Shown here one piece after another: positions 22,185 through 31,457 of a DNA stretch of 64,000 nucleotides (positions are counted from its first letter, which is position 1; the number at the start of each line of letters is the position of its first letter). Position numbers and translations under genes: made by a program. This stretch comes from a virus, in IMG/VR virus record IMGVR_UViG_3300027969_000042, positions 32,001-96,000 of that record; one strand, written 5' to 3'. The notes beneath the pieces were generated by a model. The model worked only from the letters and a program-made list of their open reading frames with translations. It ran no database searches and was not told where the DNA came from.

Positions 22185-22793
22185 TTAATTTTTCCAGTTG
22201 AAATTCTTAAAGAACACAAATAAGTCTTTATTGTGTTTTCTTTTACTTTCAAACATATGGTTCTCGGCATTATTTACCATTTCTAGTTTTTGCTCAATAA
22301 TTTGAACTGGGTCTTGTATCTTGTAAGTTTTCTTATTAAAAGTAAATGTATTATATTTTACTTTATCATTATTATCTAAAAAGAAATCTACATTAAAAGT
22401 TTGTCTTTTATTGAAAATACGTTTCCAACTGAAATCTTCTGTGATATATTGATAACCAAGCCTTTCAGAATTTACAGGAATGTTTTCATCACCATATCTA
22501 TTTTTATTAAATCCTCCAGTAGGTCTTTTATCGACAATTAAATCAATGTCTTTAATTTCTCTATTTATTAGAGAATATAAATTTAGAGCTAGTGAACCAG
22601 TAATGATAGAATCAGGATATTGATTACCTATAAATCTTAGATAACTTTCATATCTATCAAAGGTATTTTCAAAAACTTTAAACTTTACGTCTTCGGTAAT
22701 CAATCTAATTTTTAAGTTTCTAATTTCACTCAAAGGTGAAAAATCTGAGGGTATCTCAGTGTAAGTATATCCAACCATATCTCCGTCTTCCAT
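22185..22793 (-). CDS. Pol-beta-like nucleotidyltransferase-fold protein
   Basis: IITGSLAL...DIDLIV (GS plus DxD). The likely start is the ATG at 22793, directly after the upstream small ORF. Confidence 0.65.
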   Translation of the reverse strand: MEDGDMVGYTYTEIPSDFSPLSEIRNLKIRLITEDVKFKVFENTFDRYESYLRFIGNQYPDSIITGSLALNLYSLINREIKDIDLIVDKRPTGGFNKNRYGDENIPVNSERLGYQYITEDFSWKRIFNKRQTFNVDFFLDNNDKVKYNTFTFNKKTYKIQDPVQIIEQKLEMVNNAENHMFESKRKHNKDLFVFFKNFNWKN

Positions 22794-22794
22794 T

Positions 22795-22899
22795 TTAATT
22801 GTTAAGTTCTTGTAGTAATTCTGACTCAATAAAGTCATTATACATTTGTGATAAATAGTATGCTTGTTCAGCAGAATAATTTTCTAAATCGTAGTCCAT
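22795..22899 (-). CDS. Small acidic protein (34 aa)
   Basis: MDYDLENYSAEQAYYLSQMYNDFIESELLQELNN*; TATATTTG element at 22916-22923. Confidence 0.55.
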   Translation of the reverse strand: MDYDLENYSAEQAYYLSQMYNDFIESELLQELNN

Positions 22900-22966
22900 A
22901 GTGTTTATATTTCTACAAATATACAAAAATTATTTTAAATAATTTGACTAATTTTATTATATCTTA

Positions 22967-23407
22967 CTATTGATTTACTAAATTTTGAAGCTTGTTCTGC
23001 TGTGTATATAAACGTCCTGAGAAATTGACTGGAGATCCGTGTGTTAAATGTCCACCGTGAGATAAATCAAATCCTAAAATTTTATCACCAGGTTTTAAAC
23101 AAGCGTGAAAAACCGCAGTATTTGCTTGAGAACCAGAGTGTGGTTGTACATTGACATATTCTACACCAAATAATTCCTTGGCTCTTTCAATGGCGATTTT
23201 TTCTACAACATCGACAACTTCACAACCACCATAGTATCTTTTATCTGGATAGCCTTCTGCGTATTTATTTGTTAAACAAGATCCGGCAGCTTTCATTACT
23301 TGATCACTTACAAAGTTTTCTGATGCAATAAGTTCTATTCCGTGAATTTGTCTACTCTCTTCTTCTAATATAAGATCAAAGATTTTACTATCATTTTGTA
23401 CTTTCAT
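22967..23407 (-). pseudogene. glyA: Truncated serine hydroxymethyltransferase (N-terminal ~134 aa)
   Basis: [47 protein letters not shown]; ends after SGRLY with no PLP-lysine THK motif and no continuation in other frames. Confidence 0.85.
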
Positions 23408-23422
23408 TTTTTTAATTTTTTT

Positions 23423-23839
23423 TTATATTATAAAACCTGTCTGTAGATTATCTAAAAATCTTTGAGGTAAATAAATGTTTCTTAATTTCATTGCAGATTT
23501 AAAAAGAGGTGCAATTTCTTCCACGGTAAAATAAGCTAAGTTACAACCTAATTCAACTACATAAAAAGTTAGATGTTTATTATCTTTAGCAAACTGAAGA
23601 AAAGTATCAACACCCAGTTTAATCTCACCTAAACTTACTGGTTGATACTCTTTTCGTAGTTCTTTTGTTATTATAGCATATGATTGACCTTGAAGTCCTT
23701 CAGATTGTCCATATATAGCACCAAACTTATTTCTTGCGGTTAAGGCAGCACCTTTTCCGTGTCTTCCTTGACGGTTACTACCGAAAACGAAGATCTCATT
23801 TTCTTTTAATTCTTTTATGTAATTAGGTGTTACGTACAT
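23423..23839 (-). CDS. A1S_2505-like (macrodomain-like) protein
   Basis: EIFVFGSNRQGRHGKGAA...FGAIYGQSEGLQGQSYAI, ELGCNLA. Confidence 0.7.
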   Translation of the reverse strand: MYVTPNYIKELKENEIFVFGSNRQGRHGKGAALTARNKFGAIYGQSEGLQGQSYAIITKELRKEYQPVSLGEIKLGVDTFLQFAKDNKHLTFYVVELGCNLAYFTVEEIAPLFKSAMKLRNIYLPQRFLDNLQTGFII

Positions 23840-24176
23840 CTTTTCTAATTAAATCTCCAAGTGTTGGTCTTTCAGTTCTTACTGTTCCACCAGGTAGTCC
23901 TAGTAAATCATTTATTCGTTTTTCTCTCAAAACTTCTTTTGAGTAGAAAGATTCCATATCAACTGCATGATACATTTTTCTTCCTTTACTATGAATATAA
24001 TCTAAGTTAGGTAAAAGGTGTAAATTTCCATCGGCAGATTTATTATAACCATAGTCATAATAATTATCATATTCTTCCCATCCAGAATAGTAATAGTAGT
24101 CCCACCACATGGTAGTTTCCATTTTTACTTCTGATCTAAAAAGTTTATCCTCGTATGTTTTATTTATTGCTCTCAT
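23823..24176 (-). CDS. Hypothetical protein
   Basis: 117-aa ORF overlapping both neighbours; contains LREKRINDLLG. Confidence 0.65.
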   Translation of the reverse strand: MRAINKTYEDKLFRSEVKMETTMWWDYYYYSGWEEYDNYYDYGYNKSADGNLHLLPNLDYIHSKGRKMYHAVDMESFYSKEVLREKRINDLLGLPGGTVRTERPTLGDLIRKDVRNT

Positions 24177-24492
24177 TGAAAATTTTTCCTATTCTCCAAT
24201 CTCTTATATTTATCTTAAAATCTTCAAATGAATCTGAATCTGCGAACAATTCAATTCTTTCATTTATTTCTTTTATCAAATTTTCTAACTCAGGTGTATT
24301 ATACATACTTTTACCTGGATAAACACATTCTACTTTACTTTCTCCTTGAACTGGTAATACCCACGTAGTTATATTATCATAACTAAGTTGATTTTTAAAT
24401 TCTGCTAGATGTTGGGCAGCAGTTTGACGTGACATCCCAGCAATACTTACATAAAAAGCAAAAATTGGATTATCTAAATTTAATTCTCCCAT
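24160..24492 (-). CDS. Hypothetical protein
   Basis: 110-aa ORF ending IRDWRIGKIFNESNK. Confidence 0.7.
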   Translation of the reverse strand: MGELNLDNPIFAFYVSIAGMSRQTAAQHLAEFKNQLSYDNITTWVLPVQGESKVECVYPGKSMYNTPELENLIKEINERIELFADSDSFEDFKINIRDWRIGKIFNESNK

Positions 24493-24506
24493 AACAATTT
24501 TATTTG

Positions 24507-24938
24507 TTATATGATTAAATCTAATAGATGTTCTACTCTATTAAAGATTTTATCTTTAGCTTCTTCTTTTGTTAGAAACCCACACCAATCTAATTCATCT
24601 GCTTGAAGATTTTCAATAGGCACAATTTCACTTTCTAAACCAATTTCAGAAATATCTTCTATATAAACGGTGTATAAGTATAATCTCTTATAGTTCTCAC
24701 CATATTTATCTACATAATTTACTACAATAGGTTCTTCTTTATTACTAATTTGTTCTCTAGTGATTATAATAGAAGTTTCTTCTGCTAATTCTCTAATTGC
24801 AGCGACTATTCGTTTTTCATCTTTTTCAATTCCTCCTTTGGGAAATGAGAAAGTTTTCTCCCATCTTGCATTAGTGGCATGAGAAAGAAGAATTTTAGTG
24901 TTATTTAAAATTATTATTATACCTGCAGACTTTTTCAT
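24507..24938 (-). CDS. NUDIX hydrolase
   Basis: FPKGGIEKDEKRIVAAIRELAEETS. Confidence 0.9.
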   Translation of the reverse strand: MKKSAGIIIILNNTKILLSHATNARWEKTFSFPKGGIEKDEKRIVAAIRELAEETSIIITREQISNKEEPIVVNYVDKYGENYKRLYLYTVYIEDISEIGLESEIVPIENLQADELDWCGFLTKEEAKDKIFNRVEHLLDLII

Positions 24939-24940
24939 CT

Positions 24941-25558
24941 TTAATTAAATGTTAAATTATAGACCTCTTGTATTGCCAAAATACCATTTGGTTTAATTTC
25001 TCTTGTTCCAATTCCAGCAAAATTTTCACTTGTAATAACCGGTGTACCTTTTAACTCTCTAAACGATAATGACGTATATGACCATCTAAACCATTTATCT
25101 TTGTCTTGATCAAAAACATAAACTGTTTTTTGATTATCAACTGCCATTTGAACCGCATAACCTGTACCACCATCAACTACTTCAAATTGTGACTTATTAT
25201 AAAATCCTTTTGAACCCTTTTTACCTGCTGCTACAATAGTTCCTATAGCAAATACTTCATCAGAATACTTTACTTGTGCCCAATTTCTTGCTAACAAGTT
25301 CATAAATCTGTGAATACCAAATCTACCTAAAGTTTTATTAGCAATCTGAATTGCTTTTACTCCTTCTTCATAGTCAGTATCACTAATCTCTACTTTATTA
25401 TCAGTAGTATGATACTTTGTCTTATAAGAATAAGCTTTAGTTTTCACACCATAGATAGTACCTTTATTTTCCCAAACAGTGTCCGCACCCTCAGCACCGC
25501 CAGAGTGACAAACAATTTTCGTTAAGTCAATTGGTACATTACCAAATATATCTATCAT
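24941..25558 (-). CDS. SLOG-superfamily protein
   Basis: HSGGAEGAD, RN..QV..SD, GGTGYAVQMA, AGIGTR. Confidence 0.7.
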   Translation of the reverse strand: MIDIFGNVPIDLTKIVCHSGGAEGADTVWENKGTIYGVKTKAYSYKTKYHTTDNKVEISDTDYEEGVKAIQIANKTLGRFGIHRFMNLLARNWAQVKYSDEVFAIGTIVAAGKKGSKGFYNKSQFEVVDGGTGYAVQMAVDNQKTVYVFDQDKDKWFRWSYTSLSFRELKGTPVITSENFAGIGTREIKPNGILAIQEVYNLTFN

Positions 25559-25872
25559 ATTCCTAATTCTTTTAATTTATTATCTCTTAAAGAAGATTTA
25601 TAATCTTCTGTCTGTGTTATAAAGTACTCGTCCATTTCTTCTAAAGTAAAATAATAATTTTTTACTTTTTCCTCATAAGGTAAGTTCCACCAATTTGGTT
25701 TATCATAAACAAAACTATCATCTTCGATACAGAAACCATAACCTTCTTTTTCAGTTGCTCCATTCCACATTAAGTCACCACAACCTTTTATTTTGTAGTG
25801 ACCTTTTAGTTTTAATGTTTCATATTGTTTTATACAAACAACTTGATCTCCCATTTCAAATCTATCGTCCAT
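25555..25872 (-). CDS. Hypothetical protein
   Basis: 105-aa ORF ending LRDNKLKELGI. Confidence 0.7.
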   Translation of the reverse strand: MDDRFEMGDQVVCIKQYETLKLKGHYKIKGCGDLMWNGATEKEGYGFCIEDDSFVYDKPNWWNLPYEEKVKNYYFTLEEMDEYFITQTEDYKSSLRDNKLKELGI

Positions 25873-26044
25873 TTGTTAAAGATAATATTTTATTTTTTCT
25901 TTGTTCTATTTTTTTAAGTTTTTTCTTAATCACTGAAACTCTTTTCATTGTCGCAGATGTAGAAATCTCTTTTGTTCCATAATATGAGTTTATCTGTATT
26001 TTTAACCAAGCTAATTCTGCTTTAAGATTTCCCATGATGATCAA
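25862..26044 (-). CDS. Small basic hypothetical protein
   Basis: 60-aa ORF; the start may be at 26035. Confidence 0.55.
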   Translation of the reverse strand: MIIMGNLKAELAWLKIQINSYYGTKEISTSATMKRVSVIKKKLKKIEQRKNKILSLTNGR

Positions 26045-26603
26045 CTTTATGAACTTCTCTTTTACTCATTATTGAGTAAATTTCGTTTATGTGATATGGT
26101 CTAAAATCTTTATGAGTATCTACACCAACATCCATAGATCTTCCGTAATCAGGAATACTTCCGTGTGAATGTCCGTAAAGGTGTATTGTACCTCTATGAG
26201 ATTTTGGCCATATTCTGTGAGAGTAATGTGATAAATGGAATTGTTGTTTTCCAACATATCCAGTATAAACATACCCTACACTTGTAAAAAGTTCCTGTAA
26301 TTCTAAAGAATCCTCAATTTCTTGATCGTGGTTTCCTAAAATTAAGTGAATGTTTTTACAAATTAAAGAGTTTCTAAACTCTCTAATTGTTCTAGCATCA
26401 CCAAACGCAAAGTCTCCAAGGTGATACAAAGTATCGTCCTCTTTAACATATTTGTTGATGTTAGCAATTAAAGCTTCGTTCATTTGTTGAACGCTTGTAA
26501 ACTTTCTGAACCCGTCCGTCCAACGAGAAACTTCTTTTCCCGCGATGTTCTTGTGACCATAATGTGTATCACTGGTGAACCATATATTCATTTCTTTTTT
26601 CAT
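26022..26603 (-). CDS. Calcineurin-like metallophosphoesterase
   Basis: SDTHYGH, HLGDFAFG, ILGNHD, LSHY, LYGHSH; TATATTTG promoter element at 26610-26617. Confidence 0.9.
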   Translation of the reverse strand: MKKEMNIWFTSDTHYGHKNIAGKEVSRWTDGFRKFTSVQQMNEALIANINKYVKEDDTLYHLGDFAFGDARTIREFRNSLICKNIHLILGNHDQEIEDSLELQELFTSVGYVYTGYVGKQQFHLSHYSHRIWPKSHRGTIHLYGHSHGSIPDYGRSMDVGVDTHKDFRPYHINEIYSIMSKREVHKVDHHGKS

Positions 26604-26643
26604 TTAACACAAATATACGAAAAAAAAGTTTTATATATACATT

Positions 26644-26889
26644 ATGATTATAAAAAGTTTTAATAAGTTCAACGAAAGTCTTAGTGATCCAATTTTTACA
26701 GATGAGATTCCTCATTATGGTGAATACTATACTATTCCTGAATTTAAAGAAGCTATAGAAGATGGTGACATTACAAAAGATGATGGAACTGGTTATTATT
26801 CAAATGGAGAACATATGAGTAGAAAGAATCCTGTTTTTGATTCAGAAGAACCAGATGGTTCAAGATATGTAATTTGGTTTAATAAATAA
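26644..26889 (+). CDS. Hypothetical protein with CTS-like N-terminus
   Basis: MIIKSFNKFNES; TTATATATACA directly upstream. Confidence 0.7.
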   Translation: MIIKSFNKFNESLSDPIFTDEIPHYGEYYTIPEFKEAIEDGDITKDDGTGYYSNGEHMSRKNPVFDSEEPDGSRYVIWFNK

Positions 26890-26904
26890 AAAATATAAAA
26901 TATT

Positions 26905-27135
26905 ATGATAAAAAAATTCAACGAATTTCTAAAAGAGTCTTACAGACCTAATGAAGGACAAGATGGTTCAACTAGTGTTCATTTAAAAGATGAAGAATTG
27001 GACTTATTCCAAACAGAAGGTTCTTTAAGAACTTTAATTACTGATGAGAAAATCTCTTTGGTTGGAAACGATTTATGGTATCACGAAGATGATAAACAAA
27101 CTATTGATACATTAAGTAACTACTTTAGTATATAA
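26905..27135 (+). CDS. Hypothetical protein with CTS-like N-terminus
   Basis: MIKKFNEFLKES. Confidence 0.7.
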   Translation: MIKKFNEFLKESYRPNEGQDGSTSVHLKDEELDLFQTEGSLRTLITDEKISLVGNDLWYHEDDKQTIDTLSNYFSI

Positions 27136-27149
27136 AAAAATAAACAAAT

Positions 27150-28871
27150 ATGAAAATTAAAAAAACAAATTTTCTATTATTAAGATCAGCATCAATTTTA
27201 TTGATGCTGTTCGTGTATAATGGATATTCGCAATGTACGAATACTACTACATGGGATGGAACTGGTTGGTCTAATGGATTTCCAGATTCCGTAACAACTG
27301 CTGTTATAGATGGAGCTTATGATACAATCAACGATGGTTCCATAGATTGTTGTTCTCTTTCTGTTACTAACCAGGGAAATTTAACTATAAGCTCCGGTGA
27401 CTACTGTAATATCTATTCAAATATTACTGTTGATCCAGCTGGTATATTATTAGTAAAGTCAGGTGGTTCTCTTATTCCTAATAATAATAGTGCGGTCTCT
27501 ACTGGGATTGTTAAGGTTGAGAGAAAAACACCGCTCACTAAGAGATACGATTATACATATTGGAGTAGTCCAGTTTCTACAACAATAGGAACTGCTTTGT
27601 TACCCGCTAAATGGGAACCTAATTATACATTTACATTCTATACGCCTAATTTCTATGATGTCGAAACACGTTACCAAACCACATTTATTTCAAATTTCCC
27701 GGATGGTCAAGATGACAATGGTGATACTTGGACAAGAACTAATATAGCAAATAGCATGATTCCGGGTAAAGGATATGCTTCAATGATTAAATCAATAACT
27801 GCAACCGGAGTATATCCTAGAATAGAAACCGTTACTTTTATAGGTTCTCTAAATACTGGTGTAATTACTATACCTTTGGATTTAAGTCAAAATACTGCAA
27901 GCGATGTTGATGATTTTAATTTAGTAGGAAATCCATATTCCGCAAGTATAAACTCAAACGACTTTATCGATGAAAATATCTTAAATATCTCAGGAACTTT
28001 ATATTTTTGGACACATGCAAATACATTGACTACATCATATTCAGGTTTAGAACAATTCAACTTCTCCGCAAATGATTATGCTAAGTACACTAAATTAGGC
28101 GGGATAAATGCAGTCTTCGGCGGTAAAAAACCTTCCAATGTTATAGGAAGCGGTCAAGGGTTTTTAGTAGAAGCAGAAAGTGCAAATAACTTAGTTTTTA
28201 CACCTAATTTAATGTCAAAGGCTTATGTTAATACAACAGCAGTTTCTTTTTTTAGAGGTAGTAATAATAACAAAAGAAAACTTTGGTTAAATATGACAGA
28301 TGGTGAATTGTTTTCTCAACAACTAATTGGTTATAACTCAAGTTCTGACTTAGAATATAATAAAGGTTGGGATAGTGGATGGGAAAGTAGTATCGCAGTT
28401 GCTAGATTACCTCTTAAATTTTATTCAATAGAAGAAAATTATCACTATGATATCCAAGCAAGAGGTAGATTCGACGAAGATGACGAAGTTAGATTAGGTT
28501 ATTTTAGTGCAGCAAACGCTCAATTTACTATTAGTATTGATCAGAAAGAAGGAAAAATTAAAGATGTTTATCTATATGATGAAGTTTTTGATATATGGCA
28601 CGATCTTTCAGTACCATATACTTTTGATACTACTACTGGAGAATTTAATACACGATTCCGTATAAGATATAAACTACCAGAAGATGAAGACGATCATGAT
28701 GATAAAATTAAGAGTAATCTAGTTAAGAAGATAGATGTTTACGATTTATTTAATAGAAGGATTGATTCAATTGAAGGTGATAATTTAGATAATCTACCAT
28801 CTGGTCAAATCTTAATACTTAAAATATATCAAGGTGATGAAGTAATAACTAAAAAATACTTTAAAAAATAA
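27150..28871 (+). CDS. Secreted Flavobacterium-type T9SS-cargo-like protein
   Basis: Signal peptide (..LLMLFVYNGYSQ), TTWDGTGWSNG, YTYWSSPV, FNLVGNPY, LYFWTH, GQGF, and a CTD-like end IDVYDLFNR..ILILKI...ITKKYFKK. Confidence 0.75.
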   Translation: MKIKKTNFLLLRSASILLMLFVYNGYSQCTNTTTWDGTGWSNGFPDSVTTAVIDGAYDTINDGSIDCCSLSVTNQGNLTISSGDYCNIYSNITVDPAGILLVKSGGSLIPNNNSAVSTGIVKVERKTPLTKRYDYTYWSSPVSTTIGTALLPAKWEPNYTFTFYTPNFYDVETRYQTTFISNFPDGQDDNGDTWTRTNIANSMIPGKGYASMIKSITATGVYPRIETVTFIGSLNTGVITIPLDLSQNTASDVDDFNLVGNPYSASINSNDFIDENILNISGTLYFWTHANTLTTSYSGLEQFNFSANDYAKYTKLGGINAVFGGKKPSNVIGSGQGFLVEAESANNLVFTPNLMSKAYVNTTAVSFFRGSNNNKRKLWLNMTDGELFSQQLIGYNSSSDLEYNKGWDSGWESSIAVARLPLKFYSIEENYHYDIQARGRFDEDDEVRLGYFSAANAQFTISIDQKEGKIKDVYLYDEVFDIWHDLSVPYTFDTTTGEFNTRFRIRYKLPEDEDDHDDKIKSNLVKKIDVYDLFNRRIDSIEGDNLDNLPSGQILILKIYQGDEVITKKYFKK

Positions 28872-28874
28872 AAT

Positions 28875-28903
28875 AAAAACCCAACAATTAGTTGGGTTTT
28901 TTT
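28875..28903. terminator. Bidirectional terminator
   Basis: AAAAACCCAAC-aatta-GTTGGGTTTTT. Confidence 0.85.
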
Positions 28904-29613
28904 ATATACATTCTTAAATTCTCCCATAAAAACTGAAAGATATTATCAATTTGGTCATATTTAATTCTAATCAAATTTATATAATTCTCTTCACAATAAT
29001 CATTCTTAATTTTGTCATTTAACTTCATTCTTTGATAAGTTTTAGAGCCACCTAACGTATCAACAGGCTCAAAGTGATATAATCCATCAAACTCAATACA
29101 TGTTCTAATAGACTCAATATAAAAGTCAAATGATATATTATTAATAAATAGTTTATGTTTATAATCTATATTAAATTTTTTAAGAAAATCCATAATTTCT
29201 TTTTCTCCTTCTAAATCATATTTATTTAAAGTATCATTTAAAATAGATTCTTCGTTCTTTCTAAACTCTGGTGCCAATCCTTCTAAATGAGATTTAGCTC
29301 TTTGTTCATAAACAATACCATTATAAATAACTTTAATATTATTTAGTGCTCCTTCATACTTAGTTAAAGAATAATCATATTTATCTTTCCATACTTCCTT
29401 GGCCTCTAATATAAATTGTTCGGTAGTTTTTTTATAAAGTACTTTCTCTGGACATCTACCAGATAAATGCTTTATTACTTTTTGATAATAAACATTATCA
29501 TCAAATTTAACTTTTATAGTATCTGATACCTTTACTTTATCAGATAAATCTATGTATTCATACTTATATCCGTGTATATTATGTGCCTTTTCTAAAAATT
29601 TTAATCTTGTCAT
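28888..29613 (-). mobile_element. Free-standing putative homing endonuclease (DUF723-like repeats plus Vsr/DUF559-like nuclease domain)
   Basis: Twice repeated F..KA..(I/V)HG/W.KY.Y units; C-terminal FDFYI..CIEFDG..H..ND.IKN.YC...LIRI; divergent from uvsX. Confidence 0.7.
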
Positions 29614-29725
29614 ATACTATATATCAAAAAGTTATACCCCCTTTCAAAACTTTTTTAAAAAATGTTGAAAGGGGAGAGTAATAAGTTTATATATACATTA
29701 TAGAAAAAATTAATAATTAAAGATT

Positions 29726-30958
29726 ATGGCAAAAGTTGCAAAAGAAGTTAAAAAATTTGAATTTAGTAAAGTAGGAACAATTCTAGATAATATTGGAAAA
29801 AGTATTCCAATTGTTATTGAAAAAGAAATAAAAGAAAAAGTATTCATTTCAACGGGTGTATATTTAGTAGATGCTGCAATGTCAGGTAGATTACTTAATG
29901 GTGGTATAGCGACTAATAGAATTAGTGTTTTTGCTGGTGAATCAGGTGCAGGAAAGTCGTTTATGTGTTTCTCGTGTGCAAAACACGCACAAAAAGCAGG
30001 ATATAGTGTTATTTATATTGATACTGAAAATGCTATTGATTTGGAAGATTTACCAAAATATGGTGTAGATAATTCAATAGATAAATTTAGATTAGTTCGT
30101 TCGAATAAAGTTGAAGATGTGAATATGTTATTAACACAATTGATTGATGATTTAAAAGAACAAAAAATGGCTGGTTATGAATTACCTAAATTACTAATAG
30201 TTATTGATTCATTGGGTCAAATGGCTTCAAATAAAGAAAAAAATGACTTATTAAAAGGAGATATTAAACAAGATATGACTAAAGCTAAAGCATTAGGATC
30301 TTTATTTAGAAGTATCAATACAGATCTTGGATATTTAGATATTCCACTTTTAGTTGCAAATCACACATATTTAACTATGGATCTTTTTCCTAAATCTGTA
30401 ATGAAAGGTGGTAATGGTCTATTATATTCTGCGTCAGTTATCGGTATGATGTCAAAATCACAACTTAAAACTGGTGAAGAAGATGATATGGATTTAGGTT
30501 CAAGTGGTATTTCAGTTTTATTTAAAACACAGAAGTCTAGATTGGCAAAACCTAAGAAAATCAGATTTGATATTTCATTTGCACATGGTATGAATCCTTT
30601 CACTGGATTAGATGCTTTCTGTAGACCAGAGTACTTTGATAAAATTGGTATTGCGAAAGGTAAAATGGAAGTTGATAAATCAACTGGTGAAATGAAGTTT
30701 ATTCCGGGTGGAATTAGATGGTATATTGATCACTTAAATAAATCAGTACATACTAAACAATTATTCACTCAAGAGGTATTCACTCAAGAGGTATTAGAAA
30801 AAATGGAACCAATTGTAAATGATTACTTTAGATTTAAGTCTTTAGATGAAATAGAAGACGTTGAGAAAGAATTCAATAGTATCATCGGTGATGAAGATGA
30901 TACAACAGATGATAACGGATTTACAGACTCAGCAGATGCTGATGATATTTTCGGATAA
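29726..30958 (+). CDS. uvsX: UvsX/RecA-like recombinase
   Basis: ISTG...D.AMSG, Walker A GESGAGKS, YIDTENA, VIDSLG, ANHTY, KGG.G..YSAS. Confidence 0.92.
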   Translation: MAKVAKEVKKFEFSKVGTILDNIGKSIPIVIEKEIKEKVFISTGVYLVDAAMSGRLLNGGIATNRISVFAGESGAGKSFMCFSCAKHAQKAGYSVIYIDTENAIDLEDLPKYGVDNSIDKFRLVRSNKVEDVNMLLTQLIDDLKEQKMAGYELPKLLIVIDSLGQMASNKEKNDLLKGDIKQDMTKAKALGSLFRSINTDLGYLDIPLLVANHTYLTMDLFPKSVMKGGNGLLYSASVIGMMSKSQLKTGEEDDMDLGSSGISVLFKTQKSRLAKPKKIRFDISFAHGMNPFTGLDAFCRPEYFDKIGIAKGKMEVDKSTGEMKFIPGGIRWYIDHLNKSVHTKQLFTQEVFTQEVLEKMEPIVNDYFRFKSLDEIEDVEKEFNSIIGDEDDTTDDNGFTDSADADDIFG

Positions 30959-30977
30959 AAATAAAAAAATATTGCTT

Positions 30978-31118
30978 ATGAAAATTTTAGACAGAATGTT
31001 ATTATTTTGTATGTGGTTATCATTAAGGTTTGATAAATTAGATACAACAGATAGAAAGATATTTGACTGTATACCAGAACAAAAGAACAAAAAGAGAAGA
31101 GAAATGCAACTTATATAA
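30978..31118 (+). CDS. Small hypothetical protein (46 aa)
   Basis: MKILDRMLLFCMWL... from the internal ATG at 30978. Confidence 0.4.
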   Translation: MKILDRMLLFCMWLSLRFDKLDTTDRKIFDCIPEQKNKKRREMQLI

Positions 31119-31174
31119 AAATTAAAACCCCTTTATTAAAGTGGGTTTAAAAACAAAAAAAAATAAAAATTATT

Positions 31175-31348
31175 ATGACAAAACAAGAAATTTACGAACA
31201 GTTGAAAACTTTGTGGGAAGACTTTGATACAAATCACAACAAAACAACTAAGAAATCTGATGCAGATGCTCGTAAAGCATTAGGAGAAATTAAAAAATTA
31301 GTAACTCCTTATAGAACGGAATCGGTTAATGAAGCTAAAGCACAATAA
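31175..31348 (+). CDS. Histone-H1-like (Hc1-type) small DNA-binding protein, 57 aa
   Basis: Hand-translated MTKQEIYEQLKTLWEDF...KKSDADARKALGEIKKLVTPYRTES; resembles the Bacteroidota Hc1 pattern; A-rich start context. Confidence 0.6.
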   Translation: MTKQEIYEQLKTLWEDFDTNHNKTTKKSDADARKALGEIKKLVTPYRTESVNEAKAQ

Positions 31349-31425
31349 GTAGTAGTAGTTTATAGTTTATTTTTCCTTATTTCTTAAAATAAGGTGGTGG
31401 AAGTTCAACTAACCGGTTGACCCTG

Positions 31426-31457
31426 AAAAACCCTCAAATCTAATTTGAGGGTTTTTT
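31426..31457. terminator. Bidirectional terminator
   Basis: AAAAACCCTCAAAT-cta-ATTTGAGGGTTTTT. Confidence 0.85.
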
